Shown here in pieces: positions 48,231 through 50,881 of a stretch of DNA of 50,881 nt (positions within the stretch are counted from its first letter, which is position 1; each line of letters opens with the position of its first letter). Position numbers and translations under genes: made by a program. Source of the stretch: Vicugna vicugna (lineage: Eukaryota); NCBI GenBank assembly GCA_013265495.1, contig MU058012.1:1-50881 (forward strand), given 5' to 3'. The notes under the pieces were generated by a model. The model was not told the DNA's origin. It did not search any database and saw only the letters and a program-made list of their open reading frames with translations.

Positions 48231-49721
48231 GGATATTTAGAATGTGGCTGGCNNNNNNNNNNNNNNNNNNNNNNNNNNNNNNNNNNNNNNNNNNNNNNNN
48301 NNNNNNNNNNNNNNNNNNNNNNNNNNNNNNNNNNNNNNNNNNNNNNNNNNNNNNNNNNNNNNNNNNNNNNNNNNNNNNNNNNNNNNNNNNNNNNNNNNNN
48401 NNNNNNNNNNNNNNNNNNNNNNNNNNNNNNNNNNNNNNNNNNNNNNNNNNNNNNNNNNNNNNNNNNNNNNNNNNNNNNNNNNNNNNNNNNNNNNNNNNNN
48501 NNNNNNNNNNNNNNNNNNNNNNNNNNNNNNNNNNNNNNNNNNNNNNNNNNNNNNNNNNNNNNNCGGCTGTAATTAAATACATTGCAAACATAGGAGAGCA
48601 AGAGATCAAGGAACACAGCGGGAGCAGGAGCAGCAAGAGAGAGAGAAGGAAAGAAGGAGGGAGGGAGGGAGGACCTCAGGAGCGGAGCANNNNNNNNNNN
48701 NNNNNNNNNNNNNNNNNNNNNNNNNNNNNNNNNNNNNNNNNNNNNNNNNNNNNNNNNNNNNNNNNNNNNNNNNNNNNNNNNNNNNNNNNNNNNNNNNNNN
48801 NNNNNNNNNNNNNNNNNNNNNNNNNNNNNNNNNNNNNNNNNNNNNNNNNNNNNNNNNNNNNNNNNNNNNNNNNNNNNNNNNNNNNNNNNNNNNNNNNNNN
48901 NNNNNNNNNNNNNNNNNNNNNNNNNNNNNNNNNNNNNNNNNNNNNNNNNNNNNNNNNNNNNNNNNNNNNNNNNNNNNNNNNNNNNNNNNNNNNNNNNNNN
49001 NNNNNNNNNNNNNNNNNNNNNNNNNNNNNNNNNNNNNNNNNNNNNNNNNNNNNNNNNNNNNNNNNNNNNNNNNNNNNNNNNNNNNNNNNNNNNNNNNNNN
49101 NNNNNNNNNNNNNNNNNNNNNNNNNNNNNNNNNNNNNNNNNNNNNNNNNNNNNNNNNNNNNNNNNNNNNNNNNNNNNNNNNNNNNNNNNNNNNNNNNNNN
49201 NNNNNNNNNNNNNNNNNNNNNNNNNNNNNNNNNNNNNNNNNNNNNNNNNNNNNNNNNNNNNNNNNNNNNNNNNNNNNNNNNNNNNNNNNNNNNNNNNNNN
49301 NNNNNNNNNNNNNNNNNNNNNNNNNNNNNNNNNNNNNNNNNNNNNNNNNNNNNNNNNNNNNNNNNNNNNNNNNNNNNNNNNNNNNNNNNNNNNNNNNNNN
49401 NNNNNNNNNNNNNNNNNNNNNNNNNNNNNNNNNNNNNNNNNNNNNNNNNNNNNNNNNNNNNNNNNNNNNNNNNNNNNNNNNNNNNNNNNNNNNNNNNNNN
49501 NNNNNNNNNNNNNNNNNNNNNNNNNNNNNNNNNNNNNNNNNNNNNNNNNNNNNNNNNNNNNNNNNNNNNNNNNNNNNNNNAGTTGACATTAAAACAAAAA
49601 TACAGTCAGAGATTTCAGCTCATGAAAAGACTTCTCTCAAAATCAAACAAACACAAGAAAAATATAAAACAGGAACTATTTCTAAAATAAATATTCTAAA
49701 CTAAACCTATTTTAGATCCAG

Positions 49722-49723
<2 letters not shown>

Positions 49724-49763
<40 letters not shown>
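49724..49763. repeat. (CA)n microsatellite, about 20 units
   Basis: Perfect acacac run. Confidence 0.98.
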
Positions 49764-49765
<2 letters not shown>

Positions 49766-50881
49766 AGACTCACACAGACAAGAAAGGGAACCCAGAACAC
49801 AAACTAGACACGATAAGGAAACGAGAATTGGCAGTAATTAGGGAAAAACTGAAGTAAAGAAAAATCTCTGAAAAATAGGCTCAATGAAAATGTATAAAGA
49901 ATCTTACATGCCTACAATCATAGGGCACATTGAATTCAAAAATGAAAGCTTTGAACAGAAAGGAAATGGATCAAAGATACTGGGAAGGGGTCAGAGAGAA
50001 AGTCATAGATATCTGGGAGAAATAGACTGGCATGTTCAACTTTAACACCCATCCTATTAGGGCTGAATGATTTGTTTTTTAAAGAAAAAAATTCCTGTGA
50101 AGCTCCAGACCTCCCTTGGCACCGAGTAGGAGAAAATCAGATTACATTCCACGTCTCAACACATCTACCGAGGAGGACAATGTTTTCTAAAAACTCAACG
50201 CAAGTCATTGTGGGCACGTCCTTCATATTCAGCCAAGCTGTCCATGTATCAAAGCAAGAGAAAATGAGTAGATAACACGCGAAAGTTAAGGAGCCCACAT
50301 TTCCACCATTAGAAATCCTGAAGAATGAACGCTACATGTCAAGAAGTGACCGAGGAAAGTCTGACTTTTGAACACCTGGTCACCACTGAATAGATATAAT
50401 TATAGATTTAAGCTGGGGTCTCATGGGCAATGCTTTCAGGCCCCTGGTTGGGGCCTGGGACCTCTGAGAGAAGGCCACTGACGCTCCTGAGGTGGGGCAG
50501 CCCTCCTGTGCAGGTAGGGATCCCTAAAGTCCTCCATGGGCTCTTCCTCCAGCTCTTGTCCATACCCTACTTTTTTCTGAAGTTAACACAAAATGGGGAG
50601 GGGGCGGGGACAAGGTGGGAAAAAATAGTATGTAAAGGGTACACATTGGACTAGGTTGAAAGAATACTAGAATATTATAAGAAGTGGTAGGTAAAGACAG
50701 AAGGAAACAGAAAACTAGAATAATGTCCTTGATGGTCACACTGGTAAAAAAAAAGTTGAATTGAGATATATCACTCAAAATTTCTACTTCAAGTGAAAAA
50801 TGGGTGCCAACATACAAAGGGACTAAGATGACAAAGATTTTACAGCAGTGCTAAACACTAGCTATCTAGTTTTTCCTACAT

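Noticed and set aside
48564..48689. Purine-rich island between two gaps
   Set aside because: Only ~126 bp, low complexity, placement unreliable
49770..50881. A-rich stretch suggestive of an ancient L1 ORF1 remnant
   Set aside because: Too degraded to support by eye
1..50881. Prokaryotic-type systems (CRISPR, operons, defence islands)
   Set aside because: Sequence is spliced mammalian DNA; no repeat-spacer arrays or dense long ORFs

Overview
Mammalian genomic DNA, probably camelid (alpaca or camel), judging from a Vic-1-type tRNA-derived SINE. Bases 21 to ~29030 hold the 3' half of PDE4DIP (myomegalin) on the + strand: 20 GT-AG exons that splice into one uninterrupted frame of 3453 nt (1150 aa plus stop). 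This frame includes the ancestral Olduvai/DUF1220 exon doublet, coiled coils and the CM2-like C-terminus. The gene end offers up to three alternative C-termini, one through an apparent frameshifting 52-nt cassette exon. Downstream lie an ORF1/ORF2-fused L1 with a nested SINE, MaLR and ERV LTRs, and old L1 fragments. A small-RNA gene patch follows at 40-46 kb: two decayed tRNA-Asn copies, a U1 snRNA copy that keeps its 3' box but has lost its 5' end to an L1 fragment, and an intact tRNA-Gln(CTG) in a CpG island. There are five N gaps. I see no evidence for a wholly new biological system. The best leads are the C-terminal splice/frame switch, the U1/tRNA relic cluster and the chimeric L1. Homology calls come from recalled sequences, not database searches, and repeat boundaries and subfamilies are approximate.
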